In this document: positions 9,201-18,353 of the stretch, piece by piece
How the letters are laid out: each line of letters opens with the position of its first letter
Position numbering within the stretch: position 1 is the first letter of the stretch
DNA from: Pirellulales bacterium
GTDB lineage: Bacteria > Planctomycetota > Planctomycetia > Pirellulales > UBA1268
Reading direction: 5' to 3'
Assembly: GCA_040397545.1 (NCBI GenBank)
Contig: JBBAVV010000002.1
Span: 1,632-65,631, forward strand
DNA length: 64,000 nt
Translations under genes and position numbers: made by a program
The notes under the pieces: generated by a model
Seen by the model: the letters and a program-made list of their open reading frames with translations, nothing else
What the model was told of the DNA's origin: nothing
Database searches by the model: none

Positions 9201-9356
9201 ATCGCCGAGCAGGTGGTTCAGGAGCAGTCGCTCATGCCCGACGGGCTCCTCTCGAAGCTCTCGGCCGACGATGTCCGCGACCTCGTCGCCTACCTGACAT
9301 CACCCGATCAGGTTCCCCTGCCGGACGACAAGACGGCAGCCTCCGACAAGCCTTGA
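6282..9356 (+). CDS. PVC-type haem-binding protein (putative membrane-bound dehydrogenase domain, HEAT-like repeats, C-terminal cytochrome c)
   Basis: Signal peptide MRLTAWLRSLTFVGLILLGSVAPADD starts at the internal ATG 6282. C-terminal CASCHVLFGEGRKLGPDLTG haem motif, ending ..MPDGLL..DLVAYL. The architecture is common in Planctomycetota/Verrucomicrobiota. Confidence 0.8.
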   Translation: MRLTAWLRSLTFVGLILLGSVAPADDFPAPPNTEKSTELPMDPAEVCRTAKLPPGFALQVFAAEPDVQNPIGLCTDARGRVWVAENFTWAGSNLGGWDDTLRDRVTVLTDTDGDGKHDERTVFWDGGTRLTSVAVGLGGVWVIDLPHLLFIPDRDEDLVPDGPPEIVLDGIDEKSVGHTPCNGLKWGPDGWLWARHGIQATSRIGVPGAGDSQRVEINTGVWRYHPGRKVVEGVISGMTNSWGTDFDEHGEAFVINTVIGHLWHAVHGAHTERMYGTDLESHVYDLVPQVADHVHWDTGEKWSDIRFGVSDKTSAAGGGHAHIGLMIYGGTNWPREYRGGVFTLNLHGRRINHDRLAPLGAGYTASHGDDLCFIVDPFYRGMDLVSGPDGGVYIADWSDTGECHDHDGVHRTSGRIYKLVYGAPRNPARVDVAALEGTALRGNLLVADQWWSRAAVREWQRRALRGDDLAADIAWLRGHAAEAADPAHRLRALWALAAIDQPAVALDEAFLLARLDDPDPFVRSWGVRLLVDACSAGGRQPSPAAVERLVALAGTDLAGPVQLHLASAVGRLADGPAWELAGALAPHDTFATDAQFPKLVWFGLAPSVARHPDAAVALAGTAALPQLRRNLARWVAGRVDERPDLVATLLKTAVDGDPLRRRDLVTGLADGLRGWRQAAPPAGYADLSAALAAAPDEATVQAVRELDVLFGAGRGMETVRQVALDGSAAPEARRQAVRTLVATVPEDGAALLQGLLGDRPVIAEALAGLARYDHPDTPEKALGPAGIFAPADRAALVDLLASRPPYAAKLLDAVERGQVRAEEISAFHARQIADFGDEALAERLGKLWGQVRVSAADRKELIERWRNELSSDVIAAADRGHGRVLFARDCASCHVLFGEGRKLGPDLTGSNRKNLDYLLENVIDPGASVGADFRAVSFVLSDGRALTGVISAADDRTLTIQTAQAPIVLDRHDIAEQVVQEQSLMPDGLLSKLSADDVRDLVAYLTSPDQVPLPDDKTAASDKP

Positions 9357-9468
9357 GCGAACGCGCCGGGAGCGCCGGCGGAAGCGGCGCGTGGGGTGAA
9401 AGTCTTGGACTGCCGCCGGATTGCGTTGGGAGGGTACATTTTCCGGCATCCGCCGGTCAGGCGGAGGA

Positions 9469-11706
9469 ATGGCTGGCTTGCAGGAGTGGCACGTGGCGGA
9501 CGACGATCGGCTCATCGTGCAGGCGAAGCTCCTCTACCGCGGCCCCAACCGCTGGTCGGCGCTGCCGGTCCACGAGGTGGAGGTCGACGCCGGGAGTCTG
9601 GCCGAATGGTCTCTCCGCAGCGATGCTCCCGCCATGGGCAGGATCGCCGGATGGCGGGAACGCCTCGAGACGACGCCCTACGAGGTCGCCGCGGAGCGGG
9701 CTGCGACCGGAGAATCACCGCCGCGGCGGGCCGGCCCGTCCTTCGACGAGCTCGCCACGGCCTCCGGCCCCGGGCCGGTCCTCCTCTGGCTCGAGGCCAC
9801 GCTCCTGGCGACGGCCGGGATCGTGCCCCGTTTCGCCCGCTGGGTGGGCGGCGGTCGGAGATTCCGCCTGGCGGTCGAGCTCGACGACGAGGAGGTGTCG
9901 GCCGCCGCGCTCGAGCTGGCGCGGAAACTGTTGCTGGCGGCGATCGACGACGGCCCGGTCGACGTCGGGGAGGAGCTGGCGACGTTCGCCGAATTCGCCG
10001 ACGACTCGCGGCTGGGGCCGAGCACGCGCGCGATCGTCCGCGCCGCCCAGGCCCGGGGCATCCCCTGCCGCCGGGTCACGAACAACAGCCTCTGCCAACT
10101 CGGCGAGGGGGTGTGGAAACGGCGGATCTGGACCGCCGAGACCGACGCCACCGGCGCCATCGCCGAGGCGCTGGCGCAGGACAAGCAGATGACCCGCATG
10201 CTCCTCGAGCAGGTCGGGGTGCCGGTGCCGCGCGGCCGGGTGGCGACGAGCGTCGAGGAGGCCTGCCTGGCCGCCGCGGAGCTCGGCTTCCCCGTCGTCG
10301 TCAAGCCGCGCGACGGCAATCACGGGCGCGGCATCTCGTTCGGGGTCCGTGACGACGACGACATGCACGAGGCGTTCGAGATCGCCATCCGCGAAAATCA
10401 CCGCCGCTCCGGCGGCGTGATCGTCGAGCAGTTCGCCCATGGCGTCGCCCATCGCCTCCTTGTCGTGGGGGAGCGGTGCGTGGCGGCGGCCCGTGGTCAG
10501 AACGACGTCGTCGTCGGCGATGGCGTGCGCACGATCCGCGAGCTCGTCGATGACGCCAACCGCGACCCGCTCCGCGGACCGAACTTCACCGATATCCTCT
10601 CGGTCATGAAGCTCAACGATCTGGCGGTGGGGCTGCTGCGGCGGCAGTCGCTCGAGCCGGGGAGCATCCCCGCCGTGGGGCGCCGCGTGACGATCAAGGT
10701 CAACGGCGACCTGACCACCGACGAGACCGACGAGATCCATCCCGACGTCGCCCGTCACGCCGTTCTCGCCGCCCGGGCCGTCGGGCTCGATATCGCCGGC
10801 ATCGATCTCGTCGCCGAGGAGATCGGCCGCCCCCTGTGGGAGCAGCGGGGGATGGTGATCGAGGTCAACGCCGGACCGGGGATGTTCATGCACATCGCCC
10901 CGAAGCAGGGGAAACCGCGACCGGTGGGGGAAGCGATCGTCGACTTGATGTTCAAGGGGGAGGACGATGGTCGCGTACCGGTGATCGCCGTCGCCAATGG
11001 TCCGGTGTCCGGGGAGGTGGCTGGTGCTGTGGCCGGTTTTCTCCGCGGCGGGGGCATCGTCGCCGGGATGGCGGCCGGGACGCGGATCGATGTGCCGGGG
11101 CAGGCCTCGTACGAGTTCCCCGGTTCTGATCGCGACCGCGCGATCGCGCTGCTGGCCCATCCGCACGTCGAGGCGGTGATCCTCGTGAGCCGGCCGGCCG
11201 ACGCGGCGGTCGAGGGGCTCGCCACGCTCCACTGCGAGGTCGCCGTCCTCGCGCCGATCGCCGGTCCCGACGACACCGCCTCGGGGCCGATCGATCCCGC
11301 CACCGCCACGTTCCTCCACGCGATCGAGCCGGACGGCGTGGCGATCCTCGACGCAGCGGCCCCCACGGCCGATGCGATCCTCGCCTCCGTTGGCCAGCGG
11401 GTGGTCCTCGTCGTCGACGGGCCGGTCGTGGGGGCGGTCGCTGCCCGCGTCGGCGCCCATCGGATCTCCGGTGGACGTGTCGTCCACCGCACCGGCACGG
11501 TGGCCAGGCTCTGCGCCGGGCGGGCCGAGCATGATCTCTCCGCCGCTGATCTCGCGGCGGTCATCCCGGCACTTCCGGCCGGCATCGCCGGGGCTGTGGC
11601 GCTAGCGGCGGTGTGGGCGGCGGGGCTCCTCCCCAGGGATCGGCTCATCTCCCCCGGCCCGGTCGCGGCCCGACTGCGGTTCGCCGCGGGAGGTGGCGAT
11701 GCGTGA
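9469..11706 (+). CDS. cyanophycin-synthetase-like protein with intact ATP-grasp domain and degenerate Mur-ligase-type domain (CphA2-like?)
   Basis: N-terminal LLYRGPNRWSALPVHEV, ATP-grasp FPVVVKPRDGNHGRGISFGV, and VIEVNAGPGMFMHIAP..PRPVGEAIVDLMF. Where CphA has the P-loop (..AVTGTNGKTT..) this protein reads VPVIAVANGPVSGEVA. The start was chosen at ATG 9469. Confidence 0.75.
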   Translation: MAGLQEWHVADDDRLIVQAKLLYRGPNRWSALPVHEVEVDAGSLAEWSLRSDAPAMGRIAGWRERLETTPYEVAAERAATGESPPRRAGPSFDELATASGPGPVLLWLEATLLATAGIVPRFARWVGGGRRFRLAVELDDEEVSAAALELARKLLLAAIDDGPVDVGEELATFAEFADDSRLGPSTRAIVRAAQARGIPCRRVTNNSLCQLGEGVWKRRIWTAETDATGAIAEALAQDKQMTRMLLEQVGVPVPRGRVATSVEEACLAAAELGFPVVVKPRDGNHGRGISFGVRDDDDMHEAFEIAIRENHRRSGGVIVEQFAHGVAHRLLVVGERCVAAARGQNDVVVGDGVRTIRELVDDANRDPLRGPNFTDILSVMKLNDLAVGLLRRQSLEPGSIPAVGRRVTIKVNGDLTTDETDEIHPDVARHAVLAARAVGLDIAGIDLVAEEIGRPLWEQRGMVIEVNAGPGMFMHIAPKQGKPRPVGEAIVDLMFKGEDDGRVPVIAVANGPVSGEVAGAVAGFLRGGGIVAGMAAGTRIDVPGQASYEFPGSDRDRAIALLAHPHVEAVILVSRPADAAVEGLATLHCEVAVLAPIAGPDDTASGPIDPATATFLHAIEPDGVAILDAAAPTADAILASVGQRVVLVVDGPVVGAVAARVGAHRISGGRVVHRTGTVARLCAGRAEHDLSAADLAAVIPALPAGIAGAVALAAVWAAGLLPRDRLISPGPVAARLRFAAGGGDA

Positions 11707-13132
11707 GCGTCGTGTGGACCGTCGACAGCCGCCGGCGATGTCGCGGCGCGGGTTCCTCGATCTGTCGGTCGGCGGGGCGGCCGGCGCCGGGCTCGGGCTC
11801 ACGCTCGGCGGCCTCCTCCGGGCCCGCGTCGCCGGCGCCGAGCTGGCGGTGGCCCGTCCGATCCGCTCCTGCATTCTCCTCTTCTGGTACGGCGGCCCGA
11901 GCCATCTCGACACGTTCGACATGAAGCCGTCGGCCCCCGCCGATATCCGCGGCGAGTTTGCCTCGATCTCCACCGCGGTACCCGGCGTGCAGATCTGCGA
12001 GCACCTCCCGGGGCTGGCCCGGGTGATGGACAAGATCGCGATCGTGCGAAGCATGCACCACGAGGCGAATCTCCACGATTCGGCTTCGATCCATGCCCTC
12101 ACCGGCCGGCCTCTCGAAGGACCGGACCGGGAGCTGTTCGTGCCGACGCGGCAGTTCCATCCCTCCCACGGCAGCGTCGTCTCGGCGCTCAATCCGGCCC
12201 CGGTCGGCGAGGTGCCCTTCGCCTCGCTGCCGCATGTGTTTCGCAATGTCCATCCTGTGCCCTGCCAGGGGGCCGGCTTCCTCGGGGCCGCGCACGACCC
12301 GCTGCTCATCGACGTCGATCCGGTCGCGCGGACGTATCCTGTCGATGCCCTCCTGCCGCGGCAGGGCTCCGATGCCTTCCGTCGCGCAGGCCGCCTCGGC
12401 CTCCTCTCGGCCCTCGACCACGCCACCGCGGCGGTGCCCGGAGCCAATCCCTTTTCCGCCTTCACAGATCGGGCCTGTCGCCTCCTCGAATCGGAGGCGA
12501 TCCGCGAGGCGCTCGATGTCTCGCGGGAGCCGGCGCGTGTCCGGGAGGCCTACGGCTTCACAGCCGACCCCCTTTCCGCCGGCGAAGTCAACGGCGGCGG
12601 CGGCGAGATGGGGGTGGCGCGGCAGATGCGGGGGCAAAATCTCCTCGTGGCGAGGCGGCTCGTCGAGGCGGGGGTGCCGTTTGTGAATGTCTACGACTAC
12701 CGCCAGCAGGGGCAAAACTGGGACGCCCACGTCAAGTGCGCCAGCCAGCACAAGAACCATCTCCTCCCGATCGCCGATCGGTCGCTCGCCGCGCTGATCA
12801 CCGATCTCGACGAGCGTGGCCTCCTCGAATCGACGCTCGTCGTGGCGATGGGGGAGTTCGGGCGGACGCCGAAGATCAATTCAGGCGCCGGCCGCGACCA
12901 TTGGCCCCACTGCTATTCGGTGCTCTTGGCCGGCGGCGGGATCCAGGGAGGGGCGATCCATGGGGCGAGCGACCGGAGCGGCGCGTTTCCGGTGGCCGAT
13001 CCGGTCGAGCCGGGGGATCTGGCCGCGACGATCTTCTGGCGATTCGGGATCGATCCTGCCCGGGAGATCCACGACCCGCTCGGCCGTCCGCATCGCATCG
13101 CCACGGGCTCTCCTGTCCGGGCGATCTTCTGA
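11699..13132 (+). CDS. DUF1501 domain protein (sulfatase-like fold), TAT signal
   Basis: MSRRGFLDLSVGGAAGAG twin-arginine leader. GEFGRTPKINSGAGRDHWPHCYS motif. GGAGG lies 6 nt upstream of ATG 11699. Overlaps the cphA-like stop. Confidence 0.85.
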   Translation: MRERRVDRRQPPAMSRRGFLDLSVGGAAGAGLGLTLGGLLRARVAGAELAVARPIRSCILLFWYGGPSHLDTFDMKPSAPADIRGEFASISTAVPGVQICEHLPGLARVMDKIAIVRSMHHEANLHDSASIHALTGRPLEGPDRELFVPTRQFHPSHGSVVSALNPAPVGEVPFASLPHVFRNVHPVPCQGAGFLGAAHDPLLIDVDPVARTYPVDALLPRQGSDAFRRAGRLGLLSALDHATAAVPGANPFSAFTDRACRLLESEAIREALDVSREPARVREAYGFTADPLSAGEVNGGGGEMGVARQMRGQNLLVARRLVEAGVPFVNVYDYRQQGQNWDAHVKCASQHKNHLLPIADRSLAALITDLDERGLLESTLVVAMGEFGRTPKINSGAGRDHWPHCYSVLLAGGGIQGGAIHGASDRSGAFPVADPVEPGDLAATIFWRFGIDPAREIHDPLGRPHRIATGSPVRAIF

Positions 13133-13163
13133 CAACGCCGGCGGGAGATGAGTGGCGGCCGCC

Positions 13164-14678
13164 TTACCCGCGCGCCGGCGGGAGGCGAAACGGCGCCCGG
13201 TACTCCAGCCGCTCGAGATCGCGGGCCGGCCCCGCCACGAGCACCGGCCCGCTGTCGGCGGCGAGGGCCTGGGCGCTGGTCGACTTTCCTGCCGCCGTCT
13301 CGACCCACTCTCCGCAGCGGATCGTGCCACCGGCCGGGTCGCAGCCATTGGCCACGAGCATCCGGCGGACGCGGTCGACAAGTTGGGCCGCGTCATCCTG
13401 CGGCTCCCGGGCGGCGATCCGCTCCACGATGCTCTCGAAGGGGAGTTCCGTGCCGAGCCGATAGGAAATGTTACCGAGATGGCACAGCGCCGTCGACTGC
13501 ACCCCTTCGCCGATCTCGGCGGCGAGGCGCTGCGGATCGTGGGCCCGGACCGCAGCGAGGAAGTTGGCGACATGATTGGAGAAGTGATTCCCCTCGCCGG
13601 GAAGTGTTTTCACCGGTCTGCCGGCAAGGTCGAGGACGGCCACCTCCGGGCTGTGCGCCTTCCAAACGACGCTTCCCTCGGTGCCGTGGATCTGCACGCC
13701 CATCCCCAGTCCGTCGACGTCGGCGACAGCTTTCAGATTGCGGATCTCGGTAACGAGGGTCACGTCGGGGAAGAGCGTCAGGCTCGTTTGGGTGTGGGGC
13801 GTCTCGGCGGCGTCGGCGTAGCCTGAGCGGGTGCCGAAGGAGAGCGTCGCCGAGCCGGGCCCCGAGAGGTCGAGCATGGTCCGGGCGGCGTCGAGGAAAT
13901 GGATCCCGTTGTTGCCGAGGTCGCCGTCGCCGGTCGGCCAGAACCAGTGCCAGTCGTAGTGGAACTGCGGCCGCGAAAGCGGAGCGAGGGCTGCTGGTCC
14001 GCAGAACAGGTCGTAGTTGATCCCCGGCGGCGGCCGGAAACCGCCCGGGCCCCCGATCGGCGCCCGGTGGCTCGTGTAGAGCATCCGGGCGAGCATCGGC
14101 TGGCCGATCCCACCGGCGGCGAGAAAGGCCCGCGCCTCGCGGAGGCAGGGGAGCGAGCGGGCCTGGGTTCCCCCCTGACAGACGCGCCCCAGCCGGCGGG
14201 CCGTGGCCGCCAGGCGCTGCCCCTCCTCGATCGAATGGCAGACCGGCTTTTCGACGTAGGTGTCCTTGCCGGCCTCCATCGCGAGGATCGCGGCGAGGGC
14301 ATGCCAGTGGTTCGGCGTGGCGACGGTGACGATGTCGAGGGAGGCGTCGTCGAGGGGCGTCCGCAGATCGGAGGCGACGCGCGGCCGCTGCGCCTGCTTC
14401 GTGGCGATCTGGTCGGCGAGCTTCTCGGCGCGGCCGCGATCGGGGTCGCAGACCCAGCTCACGCGGGCCCCGTGCCGACCGGAGAGCAGTTCCTCGGCAT
14501 GGGCGGGACCGCGGATGCCGCAGCCGAGGATTGCGACGGAAACCTCGTCAACCGGGGAACCCACGGCCGCAGCGTCGTCGGCCCGGCCCGAGCGCCACCA
14601 TCCCCCCTGCCCCACGAGCGCTGCCAGGGCCGCGCTACCGGCGACGGCCCGGCGCCGTGTGAACCGTTTCCCTCGCAT
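13164..14678 (-). CDS. Gfo/Idh/MocA family oxidoreductase with TAT signal
   Basis: MRGKRFTRRRAVAGSAALAAL leader, Rossmann VAILGCGIRG, and EKPV(C)HS motif (YVEKPVCHSIEEG). Confidence 0.85.
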   Translation of the reverse strand: MRGKRFTRRRAVAGSAALAALVGQGGWWRSGRADDAAAVGSPVDEVSVAILGCGIRGPAHAEELLSGRHGARVSWVCDPDRGRAEKLADQIATKQAQRPRVASDLRTPLDDASLDIVTVATPNHWHALAAILAMEAGKDTYVEKPVCHSIEEGQRLAATARRLGRVCQGGTQARSLPCLREARAFLAAGGIGQPMLARMLYTSHRAPIGGPGGFRPPPGINYDLFCGPAALAPLSRPQFHYDWHWFWPTGDGDLGNNGIHFLDAARTMLDLSGPGSATLSFGTRSGYADAAETPHTQTSLTLFPDVTLVTEIRNLKAVADVDGLGMGVQIHGTEGSVVWKAHSPEVAVLDLAGRPVKTLPGEGNHFSNHVANFLAAVRAHDPQRLAAEIGEGVQSTALCHLGNISYRLGTELPFESIVERIAAREPQDDAAQLVDRVRRMLVANGCDPAGGTIRCGEWVETAAGKSTSAQALAADSGPVLVAGPARDLERLEYRAPFRLPPARG

Positions 14679-14721
14679 CGGGTGCCCCTTGCCAAAAAGA
14701 CGAACCTCGGCGACGTCTCCG

Positions 14722-16158
14722 TCAGCCCATCAGCTCCGCGATCGGCTTGCCATGGTCGACGACCGGCGTCGGCCGGCCATTGAGATCGTCGATCATCACC
14801 CGCGGGGCATCGATGCCGAGGTGGTGGTAGATCGTCGCCAGGAAATCCCCCGCCGTGCAGCGGCGCTCGGTGACATCCTCCCCCTTGCGATCGGTGGCCC
14901 CGACGACGCGGCCGGTCTGGATGCCGCCGCCGGCCCAGATGTTGGAATAGGCCCGCGGCCAGTGATCGCGGCCCGGCTGCTTCGTGCCGGCCGGGGCGCT
15001 GGCGGCTCCCTCCCCTGTGCTCGGCGAATACTCGATCCGCGGCGTGCGGCCAAACTCACCGGTGACGACAACGAGCACGCGCTTGTCGAGGCCGCGGTCG
15101 TAGAGGTCTTCGATGAGCGCCGTCACCGACTGATCGTAGGCATCGGCCCGGTAGCGGAGGGCATCGAAGACATGGTGGTTGACGGCATGGTCGTCCCAGT
15201 TGCCGACGCGGCCACACAAGGGACCGGCGAGCTGCGTGGTGACGATGTCGACCCCCGCCTCGACGAGCCGGCGGCACATGAGGAGCTGTTGCCCCCAGGC
15301 ATTGCGGCCGTAGCGGTCGCGCGTCGAATCATCCTCGCGCGAAAGGTCGAAGGCCTCCTTCGTGCGGGCGTTGGTGAGAAGCGTCATCGCTTGGGTTTCG
15401 AATTGGTCGAGGGCCTGAAAGTCGGCCTGCTTTTCAATCGCCCGCTCGAGGGCATCGAATTGCTGGCGGAGGGCGACGCGGCGGTCGAGTCTGGCGCCGT
15501 CACGCCCCGAGGCGGTGCCGATGTGGGGCACCGTGAAGCTCGGCTGGTTCGGGTCGCCGGAGACGACAAACGGCTGGTAGGCGTCGCCGAGATAGGCCGG
15601 CCCGTTGTATTCCAGCGGTGGGCTGACGCCGACGTAGCGCGGGAGCGGGTTGTCGCGCGGCCCCTCCTTGGCGCGGAGGTAGTTGGCCACCGTCATCCAG
15701 TCAGGGTATTTCGGCTTCGGCTTGTCGCGCGTGTCGGGATCGCCGGAGAGCATCTGCATCGAACCGGCCGGATGGCCACCGGCCGTCTGCTGCATCGACC
15801 GCAGCACGGTGAACTTGTCGGCGATCCGCGCCTGCCGGGGGAGGAGCTCCGTGAACTGCACCCCGGGGATCTTCGTCTGGATCGTCTGGAAGGGCCCACG
15901 GTACTCGCTCGAGATATCGGGCTTGGGGTCGTAGGTGTCGATGTGGGAGGCGCCACCGGGGAGCCAAACCATGATCACGGCGGTCGGCTGCTTGCCGGCG
16001 GCCGGCGTCTCGGCCCGCGCCCGGAGAATACCGGGGAGCGAGAGCCCCCCGAGGCCGGCCATGCCGATGCGGAGGAGCTCGCGGCGCCCCATCGCGCCGG
16101 CGTGTGGCACCGGCATCCGTCCGAACGGACCGGGGCAGTTGACGGGAAACTGGCTCAT
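14722..16158 (-). CDS. DUF1501 domain protein
   Basis: GEFGRTPRIE..GRDHWPRAYS motif. The start overlaps the upstream gene stop by 4 nt. Confidence 0.85.
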   Translation of the reverse strand: MSQFPVNCPGPFGRMPVPHAGAMGRRELLRIGMAGLGGLSLPGILRARAETPAAGKQPTAVIMVWLPGGASHIDTYDPKPDISSEYRGPFQTIQTKIPGVQFTELLPRQARIADKFTVLRSMQQTAGGHPAGSMQMLSGDPDTRDKPKPKYPDWMTVANYLRAKEGPRDNPLPRYVGVSPPLEYNGPAYLGDAYQPFVVSGDPNQPSFTVPHIGTASGRDGARLDRRVALRQQFDALERAIEKQADFQALDQFETQAMTLLTNARTKEAFDLSREDDSTRDRYGRNAWGQQLLMCRRLVEAGVDIVTTQLAGPLCGRVGNWDDHAVNHHVFDALRYRADAYDQSVTALIEDLYDRGLDKRVLVVVTGEFGRTPRIEYSPSTGEGAASAPAGTKQPGRDHWPRAYSNIWAGGGIQTGRVVGATDRKGEDVTERRCTAGDFLATIYHHLGIDAPRVMIDDLNGRPTPVVDHGKPIAELMG

Positions 16159-18326
16159 GGCGTGGCCTCCTTGGGTGCGGGGCTCACCGGCCCTGCGGGG
16201 GTCACCCGCAGATGGATCGGCGTCGAGACGAGGATTTCGGCGATGTCGGTGGGAGCGGGGGGCGTGGCCTGACCGGCCACCACCGGGGCATACTTCGTCA
16301 CGGCGCTGGTGACCAGCGCGAAGGCATGGTTACCCGGCGGGATCTTCAGCTTGGCAAGATCGATGGTCAGCGCCTTGGGCGCCGCGACGTCGAGCTCGAA
16401 GCCGGGGATCTGATCGAAGCCGGGGCCGATGACGCGCATCTGGAGCGTGGCGCCCTGCACGCCGGCGCGCTGGACGAGCTCCCAGGGCACGCTGACTGTC
16501 GACCCCTCGACAGCTTCCAGCGGCGTCTCCGCGGCCACCCCGGCCCCGGTCGTGCGGAGCGTGAGGGGCGATGGCTCGCTGCCACCGGCCGAGACGGTGG
16601 CGTCGGCGAGGAGCCGCGGGAAGGGAATCTCCGACCAGCCATCGCGGATCGGCCAGCACTGCCCGGCGAGCCGGCAGGGGCGCTCGAGCGCTTCTCCGTC
16701 GGCCGTCCCCCGGCCGGTGATCGAGACGCTGGCCAGGTTTCGCGGCGGGGAATCGGCTGCCGTCAAGAGGATCTGGCCGCGCGTCGCTCCGGCCGGGATC
16801 CGCAGGCCGGTGGCGCTGACGCCTTCCGGCAACCCGCTCACGGCCAGCTCGATCGGGCCTTCGAAGCCATCGCGGCGGATCGCCGCCACTTCGAGGCTCA
16901 CCGTTCCGCCGCCGCGCAGCGCCAGTGGCTTGGAGAGGGCTGCCCGGTCGCCGTTGCGCAGTTCCATGTGGAGCGGCCAGCAGACGAGGGCGAAGTCGGG
17001 CCGGGCCTTGCGGATCAGGAGCCGGTAGATCGCCTCCGGTTCATCGCGCGTGCCGCCGAACAGATCGCGGATCTGGAGCCGGTGCGTGCCGGTCTCCTTG
17101 ATCTCGAGCCGGCCGAGGCAATCGGCCGAGCCGGCCTCGTACGGAGGGCCGTCGTAGGCGTAATGGTTCGTCGACGGCTTGATCGGCGCGGCGATATCGG
17201 ACAGCTCAGCCAGATCCTCAAACGGCGCGGGGGCTCCGCCGGAGGGGGCCGGGAGGCGGCGCTGGACGACGATGGCCGGGTTCGTCGGCGCTGCGAGCCG
17301 TTCGGAGGCGACCTCGATCCACCACACCTCCCCCGCGGTGGCCTCGAACTCGAAGCTGTCGACGTCGGCCGCCGGGAAGAATCGCCCGCCGAGATCGAGC
17401 GGCAGCGTCACCTGCTGGGCCGCTGACGGATCGGGCCCCTCGATCTCCTCCACGGCGGGCTTCGCCGGCAGCCCGGGGGGAGGCCAAGAGAAGGCGAGGA
17501 CCGGCGCGACGGCTGCCTGCCGCTCCGGGAGCGGCGCGCCGGCGGGGAGATCGTGGGCAAGGAGCCGGTAGAAGCACTCGGGCCCCCCCTGGAACGAGAG
17601 GTCGTGAAGCTTGACGAAATACGTGGCGGTGGCCGGGGCGGTGAAGTCGAGGAGGCCGCCGCGACGTTCGGCAACGAGATCGGCGCCGGTGGCGTCTGCC
17701 AGGATCAGGACGGGCCGCAGCTTCGACTCGATCCCGCGCGCCGCACAGTCGACGACGACGCGCTGCCCTTGTTGGAGCTCGAGCCGGTAGTAATCGGCGG
17801 CCTGCGCGGTCGCCTGGGCATTGCAGACCATCCCCATGCCAAGCGGAAAGGCCGTTGCCGGGGTCGTATTGGCTGCAGTGCGGAGCGTCTCGGGGTCGAT
17901 CCCGACGGTGAACACGCGCGGCGACGATACCCCCAGCCCCGTCATCATCCGGGCATCGTGGAGCCCCGCCGGCACGTCGGAGGCGATACTCACGAGGAAT
18001 CGATCCTTCTCCGCCTTTCCCTCGGCCGAGAGAACCGGCGTGGCGGTCAGGCCGGGATGGGAAAAGAGGAGCCGCGGGGGAACCGTCTCGCCCCCCGCGT
18101 CCCAGCCGTCGAGGGCCTCACCGGTCACCTTCACCTCGACCGTCGTCGCCCCCCCTTCCCCCGGCTTCTGGGCGCCGGCCGGCACGAGTGTGAGGAGGCG
18201 CGGCAGCGGCAGGCAGACCGACTGGCCGCGGAGATCGGCCCCGGAGAGGGCTGCCATCGACAGGGCGAGCGACCAGACGCCGCACCAGCGGGAGGCAAAC
18301 CGACGCACAGGATTTGGGTGGAACAT
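16155..18326 (-). CDS. secreted hypothetical protein (723 aa) between the DUF1553 and DUF1501 genes
   Basis: Signal-like N-terminus RWCGVWSLALSMAALSGADLRG. Long uninterrupted ORF co-directional with and tightly spaced to its neighbours. Confidence 0.7.
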   Translation of the reverse strand: MFHPNPVRRFASRWCGVWSLALSMAALSGADLRGQSVCLPLPRLLTLVPAGAQKPGEGGATTVEVKVTGEALDGWDAGGETVPPRLLFSHPGLTATPVLSAEGKAEKDRFLVSIASDVPAGLHDARMMTGLGVSSPRVFTVGIDPETLRTAANTTPATAFPLGMGMVCNAQATAQAADYYRLELQQGQRVVVDCAARGIESKLRPVLILADATGADLVAERRGGLLDFTAPATATYFVKLHDLSFQGGPECFYRLLAHDLPAGAPLPERQAAVAPVLAFSWPPPGLPAKPAVEEIEGPDPSAAQQVTLPLDLGGRFFPAADVDSFEFEATAGEVWWIEVASERLAAPTNPAIVVQRRLPAPSGGAPAPFEDLAELSDIAAPIKPSTNHYAYDGPPYEAGSADCLGRLEIKETGTHRLQIRDLFGGTRDEPEAIYRLLIRKARPDFALVCWPLHMELRNGDRAALSKPLALRGGGTVSLEVAAIRRDGFEGPIELAVSGLPEGVSATGLRIPAGATRGQILLTAADSPPRNLASVSITGRGTADGEALERPCRLAGQCWPIRDGWSEIPFPRLLADATVSAGGSEPSPLTLRTTGAGVAAETPLEAVEGSTVSVPWELVQRAGVQGATLQMRVIGPGFDQIPGFELDVAAPKALTIDLAKLKIPPGNHAFALVTSAVTKYAPVVAGQATPPAPTDIAEILVSTPIHLRVTPAGPVSPAPKEATP

Positions 18327-18353
18327 CGAAAGGCTCCTCGATCGTGCGGGCAG

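Noticed and set aside
9715-11532. 605-aa minus-strand ORF
   Set aside because: It is antisense to the cyanophycin-synthetase-like gene, which has clear ATP-grasp motifs.
14260-16272. 670-aa plus-strand ORF
   Set aside because: It is antisense to the DUF1501 and Gfo/Idh/MocA genes and has no recognisable domain.
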